A DNA stretch of 64,000 nt from Amoebidium appalachense (GCA_963693365.1 CAVNZM010000004.1:11870468-11934467), one strand, 5' to 3'. Counted from the stretch's first letter, positions 21,178 to 39,686 are shown. The notes: generated by a model not told the origin, from the sequence alone. Numbers and translations: made by a program.

Positions 21178-21255
<78 letters not shown>

Positions 21256-22169
21256 GGAGGGGGGGGGGGGGGGGGGGGGGGGGGGATATGTTTGTGTGCC
21301 TATGTGTGCTTTTTTTTTATGTGCATTGGTTTGTCTATCTCTGCATATATGATATGTAAGTAAGGTGCTCACTTGATTTGTCACACTTAACATGGCACTG
21401 AAAAGTTTTCTGAACGCATTATCTAACGAGAATATGCTTCGCTTTCATGCTTTCTGTACTCGTATTCATTTCAACTTTCTGTCCCCACCACCAACCCATT
21501 CCTTCAGCCTCCTTCAACCAACCCCCCCCCCCCCCCTCCCCCTCCCCCCCCCCCCCCCCCCCAAACACACACACACACACCCGACCCACACCCCTTGCCC
21601 CCCTCCCCCCTCCTCCTCCCCCCGACCTACGACCCCATATCCCCTCCCATTTTTTTTATGCACAGGTATTCAGGTATTCTATCAGCCTACGGCCTTGCAC
21701 TGGCCGATGTAGTGACTGAGGCGCAGGAGCCATGTGCCGCCACATACAGCCAGGATACACTGCCCATGCTCAGAGAGAGACTGGCTGGGTTGGCTCAGAG
21801 GGCTACTAAGGACCTGGAGGTAGGGTGTGTGTGCATGCTGTAGTTGGGTGAAATGGGATGGGACGTGGGGGGGGGGGGGGGAAGGAAGGAGTGAGAGAGG
21901 GAGAGGGGGAGGGAAGGGGTGGGGGGTTGGAGTGATGGAGGGGGGTCGAGGGGGGGGGGGGGAGGGGGGAGGGGGGGAGGGGGGGGGCTTGCATGCGGTG
22001 CTTCGGGTCGTTCCATCTGGTCATTGACCTCTTTTCTGTCTCCTTTTCTTTTCTCTCCTTTTTGTCGCATTTTCTTCCGTCCCTCCCATGTATTTCCTTC
22101 TCTGTGTCTCTGCATCCCTCCCTCTCTTCGTCTCACTCACACTCACCACACACACACACACACACGCAC

Positions 22170-22215
<46 letters not shown>

Positions 22216-22351
22216 AGCAGGGCATGTCCGCCTCTAGTGTGAGTGTTGAGCTCTTCCTCAACATGCGCTACGACCGCACAGACTGTGCCCTGATGGTCTC
22301 AGGGGGCACAGAGGGGGTGGGCTTTGCAGAAGCATTCGAGGCTCAGGTAGA

Positions 22352-22382
<31 letters not shown>

Positions 22383-23445
22383 GCCCTGAGGGAGCAAAAA
22401 AAAAAGAAGGAAAAAAAAAAAGGTAAAGGAAAAGAAAGGTAAAAAAAGAAAACGACATCCACACTGCCACCGCCACCGCCACCACAATCCCACACTGCCA
22501 CCCCCTCCCGAACCATTTTACACTACACATGCTCTTGATATCCTTCCCCCTCCCGCTCCCCCTCCAACCCACCCACCCACCCCTCCCCCAACCCCCTCCT
22601 CCACATACACACCAAGAAAAATAACAAGAAAAAGGACATACGTACACACACCACCACCACCACCACCAGTAACCCTTTGGCAAGGTGCATATCTGCTGCA
22701 TGTTTTGTTGTGCCAATTTTTCATTATGTTCTTATGCATTGCAGCATGTGACGCATTCTGAGCTCTCTGAGCCTGTTATCTACCATTTACTTAACCTCCC
22801 ATGTTTCATTCGAAACCAGTGTTTGCTTTTCCGTGTCTGCATGCACCATTCACTTCTGATAGCTGTGTGTTCGTTCCCCTTGCACTCAGATCCAACTTGC
22901 GCCCGTATCAGTGTTCAGAGAACTCGTGCCGTCATCCAAAGTGGTTTGAATTTCTTTTTCTTTTTTCTTTTTTTTTTGTTGGTGTGCGCGCGCGTGTGCG
23001 TGGAGGGGGGGGGGGGGGGGGGGGGGAGTAATTGTGTCTGACGCACCACCCCCTTCACAGTACAAGCAGGAGTTTGGGTTCGTCATCCCCAACAGGCCCA
23101 TCATTGTCGATGACGTCAGAGTGAGGGCCACAGCAAGGGGTGTGCCCACTCCACGCGCAAAAGTACGCCATCCCCCCCCCCCTCCTCCCCTCCTCCCCAA
23201 CACACACACACACACACACACACACCACGCACACGCACACGCACACACATCTCCACCCTTTCCCCCAGAAAAGTAACAGATTTTTAGCGTTGTGTTGTGC
23301 ATTCCCTTTCCATGCATAAGAAGCAACCCTCTCACCGAAAACATGAGGTGTAGTGTGGTCGCGGTCGAGCCCCCACATTTATTGCACAGACAGCCATATT
23401 ATTTGTAAAGAGACCGGGGACGGGCGAGTCGGCTCACCCCGGGGG

Positions 23446-23514
<69 letters not shown>

Positions 23515-23919
23515 CACCTATGATGATGTTAAGGTTCCTTTTGCTTTTAGATTCCTGTGCGGACGGAAAAGCCCACACCCACCAAGATCGTCAAGTGCTA
23601 TTTTGAAGGTGAGCACTGGCTTGTGTCGTTTTTTTTTTTTTTTTTTTTTTTTTTTTCCGTCGTCAGAGTGTCATAACTGTCACAATCACTGCTCTCGTGC
23701 AATGTGTCGGGACGTGCCTCCTGTATGTGTCCGCAGCTATGTACGGTGTCCTTACGAGAAGGGGGGGGGGGGGGGGGAGGGGGGGGGGAGGGGGGGGGGG
23801 AGGGGCAGCACTTATGTCAGGGCGAGGAACGAGGAAGCGTTGGATTGGGGGTGCAGTTGTGAAGGCCCTAGCCAAGGGGTTGGTGTTTTTGTTTTGTTTT
23901 TTTTTGTTTTTTTTTGTGT

Positions 23920-23969
<50 letters not shown>

Positions 23970-24683
23970 TCTATACCACTGGTGCTTTCAAAAAAATTAG
24001 CCATTAATTTTGATTGACCGCAGGGGGTTACCAGGACACCGAGGTGCACCTGCTCGATCAGTTGGGCTGTGGGCAGACCGTGGATGGGCCAGCCATACTC
24101 ATAGAGAAGAACTCCACCGTGCTGGTGCGTGCCGCTAATTTTAGTTTATGCTGCTATTATGGACGGTGGTAGTGAATATGAACGAACAAGGGCATATGAT
24201 ATTTCACGGCTACTTTTAGCTGATGCTGCTATATAGGAAGATGTGGTATGTGATGGATCTGGGTATGTATTGGTATGCAGCTGCATATTTTTTTTTGCTG
24301 ACCTTATCTGCACATGGGTTTTATTTTTGATAGATTAGGTTCCCCTCACTGCATTCCTTTGTTGTTGTAAATCAAAAGCAGCGCCAAGTGAAAGGCGAGA
24401 AATGCATACATCGATACTTGGAAATGGAAACCAGCGGTTTTTAACTGTAGTTTGCTCTGTGCTCTGTGAGTTGACGGGATATATGTCCATGTATGGAATG
24501 TGCCCCTACATATCCATGACAATCCTGATTGGTGGTTGCTATGCACAGGTCGAGCCGGGCTGCAAGGCATCACTGACTGAGGAGGGAGATCTGAAGATCC
24601 TTGTGGGTGACCAGGTACGCAGCACAGCCCCCCCCCCCCCCCCCCCCCCCCCCCCACCCCACCCCACCCCACCCCACCCCCCC

Positions 24684-24729
<46 letters not shown>

Positions 24730-26631
24730 CCCCTCCTCCCCTTCTCGCTTCTCGGCACATTACAGAGAGACATGCAGATACAGTCTGCCGTTATACACGG
24801 GCATATCACCCATGTGTGAAACTCTGCAGTAACTATTGAGTTTAGGACACAGAAAATGGCGCACATCATATTTTTCTGGACTTGGTCATTCCGCTCTCGT
24901 CTGCTCACACCTTTCCCTTAAACCCACCCCGTTCTCATCAATTCTTCCTGGTTATTAGTCCTTTGTGTTGGGTATGATCCCACACATTCACGTACACACA
25001 CACACACTTCCCTACTCTACCCTTGAAGGTCCCTCTTCCTCACATCCCTCTCCCCTTCTTGCTTCCTCCCCCCCCCCCTCCCCCCTCCCCGCTCGGTCGC
25101 GTCAAAATATCTTTACAATAGTCTAGATAAGTCAACACCTTGCAACACCCCAAACGTTCAAAATGGTCTGGAGCAACGTGTGGCCTAATCATACCCCCTC
25201 CCCCTGCTTTCCTCTCCCCCCTCCCTCCCCCCTCCCCCAGGCCGGGCAGCGGATCGGCACCACCCTTGACCCGATCCAGCTAGGGATCTTCAGCCACCGG
25301 TTCATGTCCATAGCCGAGCAGATGGGCAGAGCACTGCAGCGCACATCTATTAGTACTAATATCAAGGAGAGGCTGGACTTTAGCTGTGCCCTGTTTGGTG
25401 GGTGGGTGGGGTGGTGGGGTGGGGTGATGTGGTGGTGTTTGTTGTGTTTCGGGATCTTGGTTTTTTTTTGCTTTCACGATTTTTTGTTTCTTGCTTGCTT
25501 ATTGTTTTTTATATTTTGATCAATTTGTTGTTTTGTGTTCGTTAAGAGGGGGGGGGGGGGGGGGGGGGGGGGAAGGGGGGGAGGGGGGGGGGGGGGGGGG
25601 GGGGGAGGGGGGAGGGGGGAGGGGGGGAGCGGGTGCACAGACAGATAGGTGACAAGCGATGACACAAAGTTTGCTTGGCTCAGTTGGTTTGTGGAAGGAA
25701 AGAAAGAGGTTGGATAGAAAAAGGCTAAAAGACATGGCATTGTCTTAGATCAGTTTATGCACACACGGCGCATACGTCCCCATGAAGCACACGAGCACAT
25801 GCGAGCGTGGACGCACAGAGAAACACACCTGCACATGAACGCGCGCGCCAACACAAACACACACACACACAAACACATTCACACACCTCTCACATGTGGG
25901 GGTCTCACTGTTTCTCGCGGCATGAAGACCAGTCTCTGGTAAGGGAGTTTTTTGCTCAGTACATCCCCTAAGCGCTATATCACATACAGATAGCCAGGTA
26001 ATACTTGTATATCATATTTCTTCCCGGTTCGACCTGCTATGGGAGATGTACTAACCCAGTGTGTGCAGGGCCTGACGGTGGGCTTGTAGCAAATGCCCCG
26101 CACATACCCGTCCACCTGGGTGCCATGCAGGAGGCTGTCAAGTACCAGATCAGAGTCCTGGGCGGTACGTGGGTTTTTTTTTTTCGTTTTTTTTTTTTTT
26201 TGCCTTTCGGCGCCGAGGGTGGGTGGGTGGGGGGGGGGGGGGAGGGGATGGGGGGGGAGATGTAGTTGAAAGGCTGAGGGTACGGGATGGAGGTAGGGGT
26301 GTGGGGGTTGTGTGTGTGTGTGTTCCGGGGGGGGTAAGGGGGGGTGGAGGGGGGGGGAGGCCATGTGTGTGGCATCAACGGTATCGTGTGTTTTCTGTGT
26401 AAGGCTGTGGGGACGCATTAGCAGCATGCTCTAAGGCGGAAGAGAGAGGCTCAGGGAAAGAAGCATAAATGCAACCTCTTTTGGCTGTGTGCTTACGTAA
26501 GTACCCCCCCAGACAACCTGCAGCCGGGGGACGTGCTGGTGTCCAATCATCCGCAGGCAGGGGGCAGCCACCTGCCCGACATCACCGTCATCACCCCAGT
26601 CTTCAACGAGCACGACAAGGGTAAGCTGGAG

Positions 26632-26663
<32 letters not shown>

Positions 26664-27521
26664 TGGAGACCGCACTTTCTCACCCATCCACCCACTCTGC
26701 CACCATCCAATTCTTTCCCCCACCCCCTCTCCTGTCACCTTCCTGACGTGGGTCTACGTAGCAATTTGTTGTTACTTTCTTTCTCTTCTCATCTTTTGTT
26801 CCTTAAGAAGGTCTGATGACCCGATCTCTGTTACCCCTCCTCCCCCCCCCCCCCCCCATTTCCGATACATATATATCCACCAACCCATTGGACCCCCCCC
26901 AGGTGCCAAACAGACCCCCGTATTTTTTGTGGCCTCACGGGGCCACCATGCCGATATTGGAGGCATCACCCCCGGCTCAATGCCCCCCCACAGCAAGTCC
27001 CTTAGCGAGGTACGTTATGCTTACCCCCCTCCACCCTCCTCCCCCCCCCTCCCCACCCCCCACACACACTACCTCATAGCTTTGTAAGGTACCATTATGC
27101 TTTACGATTTTGCCGTTTTGTTATATACGACCGAGTTGTAACAAAGATGTTGAAATGCAGAGTTTTGCAAGGCAGATCTCTGTTCCCTGTCTCACTCCTG
27201 TGTTGGCTTCGCATTCCTGCATGCACTCGATCCTACTTTCCGCTTGTATTTCCCCCCCGTTCCATGTGTGTGTGCCTTTCTCTTTCGTTTTTTGATACAT
27301 AACCACAACGATGAAAACGCACACAGGAGGGTGTTGCCATCATGAGCTTCCATCTTGTCCGTGACGGTGTGTTCCAAGAGGAGGGAATATCGAAGCTTCT
27401 GGTGGATGCTGGGTCGAGAAATCTCAGCGACAATCTGAGTGACCTGAAGGCTCAGGTGGCTGCTAACAATCAGGGTGTGTGCACATGTGCACGTACACAC
27501 GAACACGCACGTGCATGCAGG

Positions 27522-27598
<77 letters not shown>

Positions 27599-27653
27599 GG
27601 ATTCAGACGCACGAGCACGCCCACACACACAGAGAGGGGGGGGGGGGGAGGGG

Positions 27654-27724
<71 letters not shown>

Positions 27725-28579
27725 AGGGGGAGAGAGAGAGTTAGGGGGAGAGAGAGAGACCGACACACGTGCGCACACACGAACACACATGTGCGGGGGC
27801 ACACAGACCGACACACATTAGCATGCATTGTGGTACTGACGCCTTTATGCTGTCAGAAAATGCAGAGAGCCGTTAAAGGCACTCGTACCACTATATTACG
27901 TTAGTCCGTGGGGCCGATAACAAGCCAATGAACACATGGGACCAGTCAGCAAGCGATTCAATGCAGCCATATGAAAAGACTTCACAAAAAACCGTTTACA
28001 TAAAACTACAGGGATAAAACCAGCCAGCTAACGGGCCAATGAAAGCACAGGGATCAAGCTAGTCAACGAGCTGATTGGTCAGTACGGGCTGGAGGTAGTG
28101 CATGCGTACATGTCACACATCCAGAAGGTGTCGGCCAATGCCGTGAGAGACATGCTGGTAGAGGTCTACCAGAACCTCACCGACCCATCTATCAAGGTGT
28201 GTTGGTTATTGCCTCTTTTTTCTCTCTCTCTCTTTCTTGTTCTTTCTTTCTGTATCTCTTCTTTTCCATTTCTTTTCCTTTCGTTTTTTCTTGTGTGCGT
28301 GGGAGGGAGGGGGGGAGTGGGGGGAGGGTAATATGTGCGCCCTGTGTATGTGCGTGTGTCATTGGGCATATGGTGTAATCAGTACGCTGTGGCTACATCC
28401 TAACTCACATTCGGGCCGGGTCGGGTCGGGCCAACAGATGGACAGCCAGACAGGGGAGAAAGTACTGTTTGCAGAGGACTTTATGGATGCGGGCAGCCGC
28501 ATAGCCCTCGAGATCAGAGTCAGGCAGGACGGCACGGCAAGCTTTGACTTCACAGGCACTAGCCCGGAGGTAACCCCCT

Positions 28580-28621
<42 letters not shown>

Positions 28622-28699
28622 AATAATAATAATAATAAAAAGGAAAAAACCCTATCCATCCACTCACCACCTCCCTTTCTCTCACTCTACCTACCCCCT

Positions 28700-28730
<31 letters not shown>

Positions 28731-29793
28731 CCCCTTCCCACAATGCAGTTTCCAGTGCTTGGTCTTGCCTTATACGGAGCAGCCAGTAAAAGTCCCCCCC
28801 CCCCCCCCCCCCCCCCCTCCCTCCCTCCCTCCCTCCCTCCCCCTGCAAACATAAGCAAACATATTCGCACATTCACACACACCTGTTTCACCTCAGACCT
28901 TACGTCCAGGGTTCCAAGGCTACCAAATCTGAAGTTTATTCCTTCGTTATTGGTGACTTCTTTACACTTGCAGTTGTGGTGATGGTTGGGGGGGAGGGGG
29001 AGGAGGGGAGGGAGGGAGGGGGGACTGACAGTTCGTGTTGTGCCTAGTTACAATCACACACACCCACGTCATCTCTGGGCACCACCAGCATTTCGGGCCT
29101 TTCACGCACATAACCCCGCAAATACAACCCTTGATCACACATATGTCTAACACCCCCCTGCCCCTGTAGCTGTATGGCAACCTCAACACACCGTGTGCCG
29201 TGGCCTACTCAGCCATCATCTACTGCCTGCGCTGCATGGTCAAACATGACATACCCCTCAACCAGGTATACCAATACCACATATTGTTGGTTTCTCTGCC
29301 ACCATATACCCCTTACCCCCTTACCCTCCCCCTCCCCTCCCCTCCCCCCCCCCCCCTCCTCCCCCTCCCCTCCCCCCCCCCCCCCCCCCCCTTGCCCCAC
29401 TCCCTCCTTCCCCCTCCACACGCACACACACACACACACACACACCCATTATCTCCCACCCACCACCAACACCACCATCAGTAACCAACAGCATTTGAGA
29501 GCCAATTGGGAGATCAAGTAGGGTGGGGAATTACGGAATGGGCAATCGGTGATTGTGCCTGCTACCTTTGGGATAAAACGAGGGCCGTTATAATGTCACA
29601 TAGAACTTTGGTCTTGAAATATGATATGCACTGTCGTGTGGAAGTGTAGCGGTAGGTAATGAGCCTACACAACTGAGTTTGTTATTTTTCAGGGGTGTCT
29701 CCTTCCCATCAAGACAACGATCCCTGAGGGCTGTATGTTGAACCCGTCACCAGGTTGAAACTACCCCGCACACACACCACATACACATTTTTC

Positions 29794-29855
<62 letters not shown>

Positions 29856-30998
29856 CACGCACACACACGCACACGCACACGCACACGCACACACACACGC
29901 ACACGCACGCGCACACACACGCACACGCACACACACGCACACACACACAAACACACCCAACACACACACACATACACACACACACACACACCCACACACA
30001 CACAAGCACACGCACAAGCACATGAACAGATGCAAGCCCCCACACCGAACACACACACACACACACACTTCATTGAAGGTACTTTCACATACATAAAGAC
30101 ACACACTGACACAAACACAAACATACGCCGAAACAAAACAAAATCAATGCAACTGTCAAAAGAAAAATTGTAAAATGGCCCGGGAGTGGGGGGTGTTGGT
30201 GGGGGTGGGGGGGGGGGGGGGGGGGGGGGGGGGGGAGTACGAAGCAAATACAGAAGTGAAGGCCATTAAAAAAAAAAAAAAGAAGTTGTGGTTTCCAACA
30301 CCCACTCCTCCGACCTTTGGCCCACGGCCCTCGCAGTTTCTTCACAACCCTTTTGTGGCTATCAGTCGACTTATTTGATTGGCTGCAGAGGCTGCTGTTG
30401 TTGGAGGCAATGTGCTGACGTCACAGCGCCTAGTGGATGTGATTCTGAAGGCCTTTAAGGCGTGTGCTGCCTCCCAGGGCTGCATGAACAACCTGACATT
30501 TGGTGATGCAACAGTGGGTATGTGCAACACCTCCCTTCTCCCCCCCCCCCCCCCCCTCTCCCCTTCGTTCCTTCTGCCACACACACACACACACACAGAT
30601 TTTCTCTTTCTCTCGCTTTCTCTCTCCATCTCCCCTCTCTCCCCCTCTCCCCCTCTCCCCCTCTCCTGCCCTCCCCTTCTCCCTCCCCTCCCCCCCCGCC
30701 CAAGTTTCTTGCCTTCGCGTCCGTTAGCTTTCCTTTTTGTCTTTTTTTTTGCTGCTCTCGTACTCGGTGAATGTGAGAATGTGAATGCTTGTTTACCATT
30801 GCATGCACAGTCCCTTCCCTCCCTCCCTCCCCCTCCTCCCCCTCCCCTCCACCTTCCCCGCTCTCCCCTCCTCTCCCCTCCATCCTTATGCCCTTTTCTA
30901 ACCTTCCGTTCTTTCTCCCTCTTCCCCCCCCCCCCCCCCCCCCCTCCCTCCCCTACCCTTTTCTGCACATGCACGCAGGGAGGCATGCTACAATCACG

Positions 30999-31055
<57 letters not shown>

Positions 31056-31217
31056 GGTTACTACGAAACCATTGCCGGGGGTGCCGGTGCCGGGCCCAAG
31101 TGGCATGGGCGCAGTGGTGTGCACACACACATGACAAACACAAGAATCACAGACCCTGAGATTCTGGAACGCCGTTACCCGGTAGATGAAATTGACGCGT
31201 TTGCACGTGCCTGTGTA

Positions 31218-31250
<33 letters not shown>

Positions 31251-31706
31251 GGGGGGGAGGGGGGGGAGGGAGGAGAGGGGGGCGAGAGATGTTTCTGCGT
31301 TTCCTTTCATGTGAGTTTTTGGGGAGAGAGAGGGGGGGGGGGGGGGGGATTGAAGAAATGCTCTGCTGGGGTGGTAAGTATAAAGGTTGAGCTGGTAAGG
31401 GAGATGGACACTGGTTCGTTTCATTCTTTCCAATCTCCTGTTGTTCCAAACCGTTTTATGCAAGCGTCATGTTAGTCTTTCCTCACACACGCCTTCACCA
31501 AGCCGGTAATAAGTGGAAAGCGCTTGGGGAGGAAGCAACATAAGTACACAATTCTAATCCTACGGCCTGCAGGTGATTTTGAGGGAGTTTTCCCTTCGAC
31601 CGGACAGTGGAGGCAACGGTTACTTCAAGGGGTATGTGATATCTCTCATGCCTAGCCCCATATGTACACACAGAGAGACACGTACGCACGTGTGTGTGTG
31701 CGCGCG

Positions 31707-31747
<41 letters not shown>

Positions 31748-32687
31748 TTTGACTTTCTTCCCTATCCCCTTTAACAACCCCCCTCCCCCCCCCCCCCCCA
31801 TCCCTCCCCCCCCCCCCCCCCCCTCCCCCATCTCTCCCCCTTGTTTCTTCCCTCTCCCATGTATCTAACGTCAGTTATGGGCCACCTCCAGGGGTGATGG
31901 TGTGCGGCGTGTGCTTGAATGGCGTAGACCTATGACCGTGTCTCTTCTGAGTGAGCGCAGAGCCTTCCAGCCGTACGGGTTGGAGGGTGGTGAGCCGGGC
32001 CAGCGCGGCATGAATCTATGGGTGGGTGGATATGAAGGGGGGGACGGGGAGAGGGGGAGGGAGGGGGGGGGGGGGGGGTGATATGTTGTCTATGTCATTT
32101 GTTTGTTATGGTGGTTGAAAATGGCGTTAGTTCGAGTGGAAGGCTCAAAAGGTGTGCCTGGTGCGGTGGCGGTGCGTACTTGGTTGCGAGTTTGGGATGC
32201 CAGCGACTTGAAGATCCTGTTGTTTTCTGGTCCATCATGTTTTCTGTGTGGTTGTGGGCAACTATACCATAGTGACCACCAAAAAAGGCATAATGATGGC
32301 TTATTGTACATTTGGAATGCATCTCCGTCTGTGTGCACATTGTGTTCTTGAGAGATCTTTCCATACAATAACCACATCCCACCAAATGTGCACTCGTTTC
32401 GTCTGCTCTACACAAAACCTCACGACATCGGTGCCATAAAAACCTTAATTTCCCTTTGTTGCAAATTACAGATCATCAACGGTGGTCGCACAATCAATCT
32501 CGGAGGCCACAACACCGTGCAGATGAAGAAGGGTGATCAGTTGGTGATTATGTCCCCCGGTGGGGGTGGGTGGGGAAAACCCGACAGCAAGCCGGAGGGG
32601 GTGGAGGAAGAAACAAGCGAAACGAGTGTGGATGTGTTGGAGGTGGGGAGTGTAAATGATTACAGACTCAGACAGGAGCAGGCGTGA
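12867..32687 (+). CDS. OPLAH: 5-oxoprolinase (ATP-hydrolysing; fused hydantoinase A/B), 32 exons
   Basis: All GT-AG and in frame: 12867-13020, 14085-14141, 14670-14956, 15519-15704, 16124-16180, 17059-17164, 17589-17731, 18313-18388, 18778-18870, 19467-19505, 20260-20495, 20954-21060, 21666-21819, 22215-22346, 23061-23162, 23551-23608, 24024-24124, 24549-24614, 25241-25397, 26069-26164, 26513-26620, 26903-27009, 27327-27474, 28051-28196, 28438-28569, 29170-29265, 29693-29753, 30389-30517, 31057-31181, 31573-31631, 31892-32021, 32472-32687. Motifs: [86 protein letters not shown]. Confidence 0.97.
16799..17030. mobile_element. TTAA-flanked MITE (Kolobok-like), 232 bp, in OPLAH intron 5
   Basis: TTAA at 16795-16798 and 17031-17034. 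Perfect 14-bp TIR GGACAAAGGGTTCA / TGAACCCTTTGTCC, with a further AAATTTC/GAAATTT match. Confidence 0.8.
26049..26055 (+). other. Canonical branch point TACTAAC in OPLAH intron 19
   Basis: TACTAAC ends 13 nt upstream of the exon start at 26069. Confidence 0.7.
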
Positions 32688-34125
32688 GATAGTTGTTGCA
32701 TTTTGGAGATATTTTGAAAGATATATTTGAAGAATGAAGGGGAATTTGGACTATTTTTGTGAGTGGTAGGTAGTAAAACGGACGAGATATTTGATGAGCT
32801 TTTGCGGGATAGTAAATCTTGTAACGTGGGAGGTCGGTGGCGGAGTGGTTTGTATGGAAGTGTACGTGTGGTTTGTGTATATCACCACTTTGTAGATAGT
32901 CGGAATTGAGTTTAGAAAAATCCAGTTGCTGTGTGCACCGTTGTAGTTAAGAAACCTCTCACTACTGTGTGGTGAGTCTGTATTGGTAAGTTCCAGTCAT
33001 TTGGTGTATCATGATTATAAATAAAATAAAAATAAGAATATCAATTTGCGGTTATATCCATGGTAAAATCGGTAGGACGAGATAGTATGAATTTTGTTGA
33101 ACTGTACATCTACAAAAAATGGCACAAATTGCGCCGGGGAACAGGACCCCTGAAGTGTTCAGGAGAAACTTAACCCCCCCCCCCCCCCCCCCCCCCCTCT
33201 TCCCCGGGGCCTCTTCTTCGGTTGCAAATAAAATTTGCAATGCTGCCGGATGATGGGGACGGTAAGCATTCCGCACCTTCGTGGTACATACGTACGTAGA
33301 AGTTCACCCAGATGAGCCTTGGCGCAAATACTCCCATCATCTCCCAATATTCGCAGCGACCCATGCTCTTTACAGGCCAGTGGGGAGATAGGTCGACCAC
33401 AATAGGCAGGCCCTTCGGTTATAAATTATATGATACCATCACTCTTTGGCCTAAGGGCTTCAACGATGGGCGCCGGCCAGGCGTAGATGCAGTTCTTTTC
33501 TTTCCACGGAATTGATAATTTCAAGACATTTTAGATTCAAAGGTACTGAATACATACCCAATCTATATTAGCAAATAGAGTGCATGCCATCATCAGCAAT
33601 GTACGTATGTAGCGTGGATGACTGATTAGCTTGAAATCGGCTGTGGATCATCTCCAAAAACAGCAGCTATAACCCATTCTCAGCCCATATGGCATTGCTG
33701 GTCTTCTGTGTAAACGGTGGCCAGATGTTGGGGGCATGGGTGTGATTGTTCCCTTAAAATTTTCCAGTGTAGTTGTTTTATTGATAGCCACCTGAAGTAA
33801 GTTTTGCTGTTGTGTGTTTAAAGAAAAAGGCATAACGGTTGCTTGACCTATATGTACAAAGGGTTGTTTTTTTTTTTTTTTTGCGGGTGCTACTTGCTGG
33901 GGGGAGGGGGTGGGGGGGGGGGGGGGGGGGGGGGGGGAAGGGGGCGGGGAAAGGGGGGGAGGGGAGGAAGGGGGGGGGGGGGGGGGGGGGAAGGGAGGGG
34001 AGGGGGATTCATGCGCACTCCAACAAACGTTATACTGTGCATACACCTCGAATTCGAAACACGGCCACTTGCACGCATATACCAACGTGCACGCGCGCCC
34101 ACACACACACAGACGCACGCACGCG

Positions 34126-34167
<42 letters not shown>

Positions 34168-34174
34168 GTGGCAC

Positions 34175-34211
<37 letters not shown>

Positions 34212-34702
34212 GTCATGCACACATACACACACACACACACGTACGCGCGCATGCACACGCAGACACACACACACACACACACACACTCATACACACACAC
34301 ACATACACACACACACACACTCAGGCACACACAGGCACACACGCTGTGACATACGTCTTGCACTCACACACGGATGCACACACAGAGAGAGAGAAGAGAG
34401 ACAAACACACGCACACACACGTGCACACTTGCACACGTGCACACGTGCACACACGTGTCTTGTGCTCACACACACGGACACACACACACAGTTAGCACTT
34501 AGCAGTTGACCAATGTGGTTCAAGTTTGTTTGCATGCCTGGCCCAGATGGGACACACTACCGCAATAAACTTGAAATCACACTGAGTCTCTATAATGCAC
34601 CACCTGATCCGATGGCTGCTTACTATAACATATGACCGGACGACAATACTACTACGGGAATGCCATTAACAAAGCAGTTTTTAATCGGGTCCTTTTCTTT
34701 TT

Positions 34703-34734
<32 letters not shown>

Positions 34735-34775
34735 TTTTTTCCTTTTTCATTTTTTTTTTTTTTTTTTGCCCCCCC

Positions 34776-34826
<51 letters not shown>

Positions 34827-34995
34827 CGCTTTTTTTTTTTCTCTTTTTTTTTTTTGTTTCCAGTTAAGCTTGGATATTCCCAGTCCAATCCATAGCAACA
34901 TCAATCCATATTAGACTGCGCACATTTTTCAATCAATACTATCCCCACATAAAAATAAAGCTAGCAAATTGAACCTATTACAATAGGAACCCTCT

Positions 34996-38464
<3,469 letters not shown>

Positions 38465-39686
38465 TTTCACGTTGTGGCCCACAGCATGCCGACTGATGAT
38501 AAAATCAAATTGGGAGACGGATTCTGTGTCTGTTTCTTTCTGAAACACTGCGCAACATAAACTGGAGGCGCCTCAGAGGTGCTGGGAGTGTACACTTATA
38601 CGTGCCCACCCTTTCGGAACAATTAGTTGCCAGTGATCACCAGAATCATGGAGGAATGCGGGGTTTAGGCGGGGACTCTCAACCAATCGTTATTGCTCAA
38701 AGTGGCTAAAATGCATTCCAAGAAACACGCACTGATCAGGGGCCGGGCCCCAGGCTGGCCCAGCTACGGTAAGTGGGCGTAGTCAAGCCAGCTTGTGCCG
38801 CTTCCTTGTAAACAATGAAAACGGGACCAGCATGCACCAGCAATTACCTACAACACAGAAGAACCAAAAAATTTTTTATGTAATGTGGTGCCACTGAGTT
38901 TCGCTTATTGCGACGAGGGATTGTAAGAAACTCATGGGGAGTCGGGGGACACCCTGGGTGAGGCTGGGTCCCTGGCAGGGCTATTTTTAGAATCCGCTGG
39001 GGAAAGTTGCGGACCCTGGGCCAACCCCGGGCCGTGGTCTTCGGGTCGACCAGCAAAAAGCCGATATTCCATGTTGAGGGAGGGAGGTGGGTTTTTCTCA
39101 TTTTGGTTAACAGCACCGAGAAAAATATTTAGCGCACTATTAGTAACACCTACAATAGTTGAACTCAGTGTTCACGACGGCCCAAATTACCGGTGCGCAC
39201 GTGTCTTGGAATCACGGAGGAGGAATTCGAAATGTGACTCGACCCTTGTCTGTACGTACGTTCGGAAGAGCATGCCGAACGATTATAGCATTATTGACAT
39301 ATATGTACAGTACTGAGCGTATGTGAAGAGTATTAGTATTGACCGACTTACACATGTTTACCCAACCTCCACCCACACAGGGAACACACGTGCGGTCTGG
39401 CGGCTGGCTCGGCTGTCCTGTCTGGCGTTGCCGTGACTATAATGCGACATTAATGCCACAGAATTGGCCCTGAAACTCGGAAAATTGTCCCTAGCTTTTT
39501 GAGGTTAGGTCCACCAATTTTTCAACCAGTGGCTCTAATACAACTAAGACTATAAAAAAATACCCCCAAAAAAACCGTTGGTGGCTCTACTAGGGCCATC
39601 ATGGCAGAAGAAAAGGTGCTATTATATGGCACTAGTCAAAAACGAGTTTCACACCCTGACGGTGGCTCGTTTCAGATCCCATGGAA

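Noticed and set aside
27718-27750. Two TTAGGG-containing units
   Set aside because: A local duplication inside a (GA)n tract, not a telomeric array.
32832-32860. GGTGGCGGAGTGG resembling a tRNA A-box
   Set aside because: No B-box or cloverleaf follows; it lies in the probable OPLAH 3' UTR.
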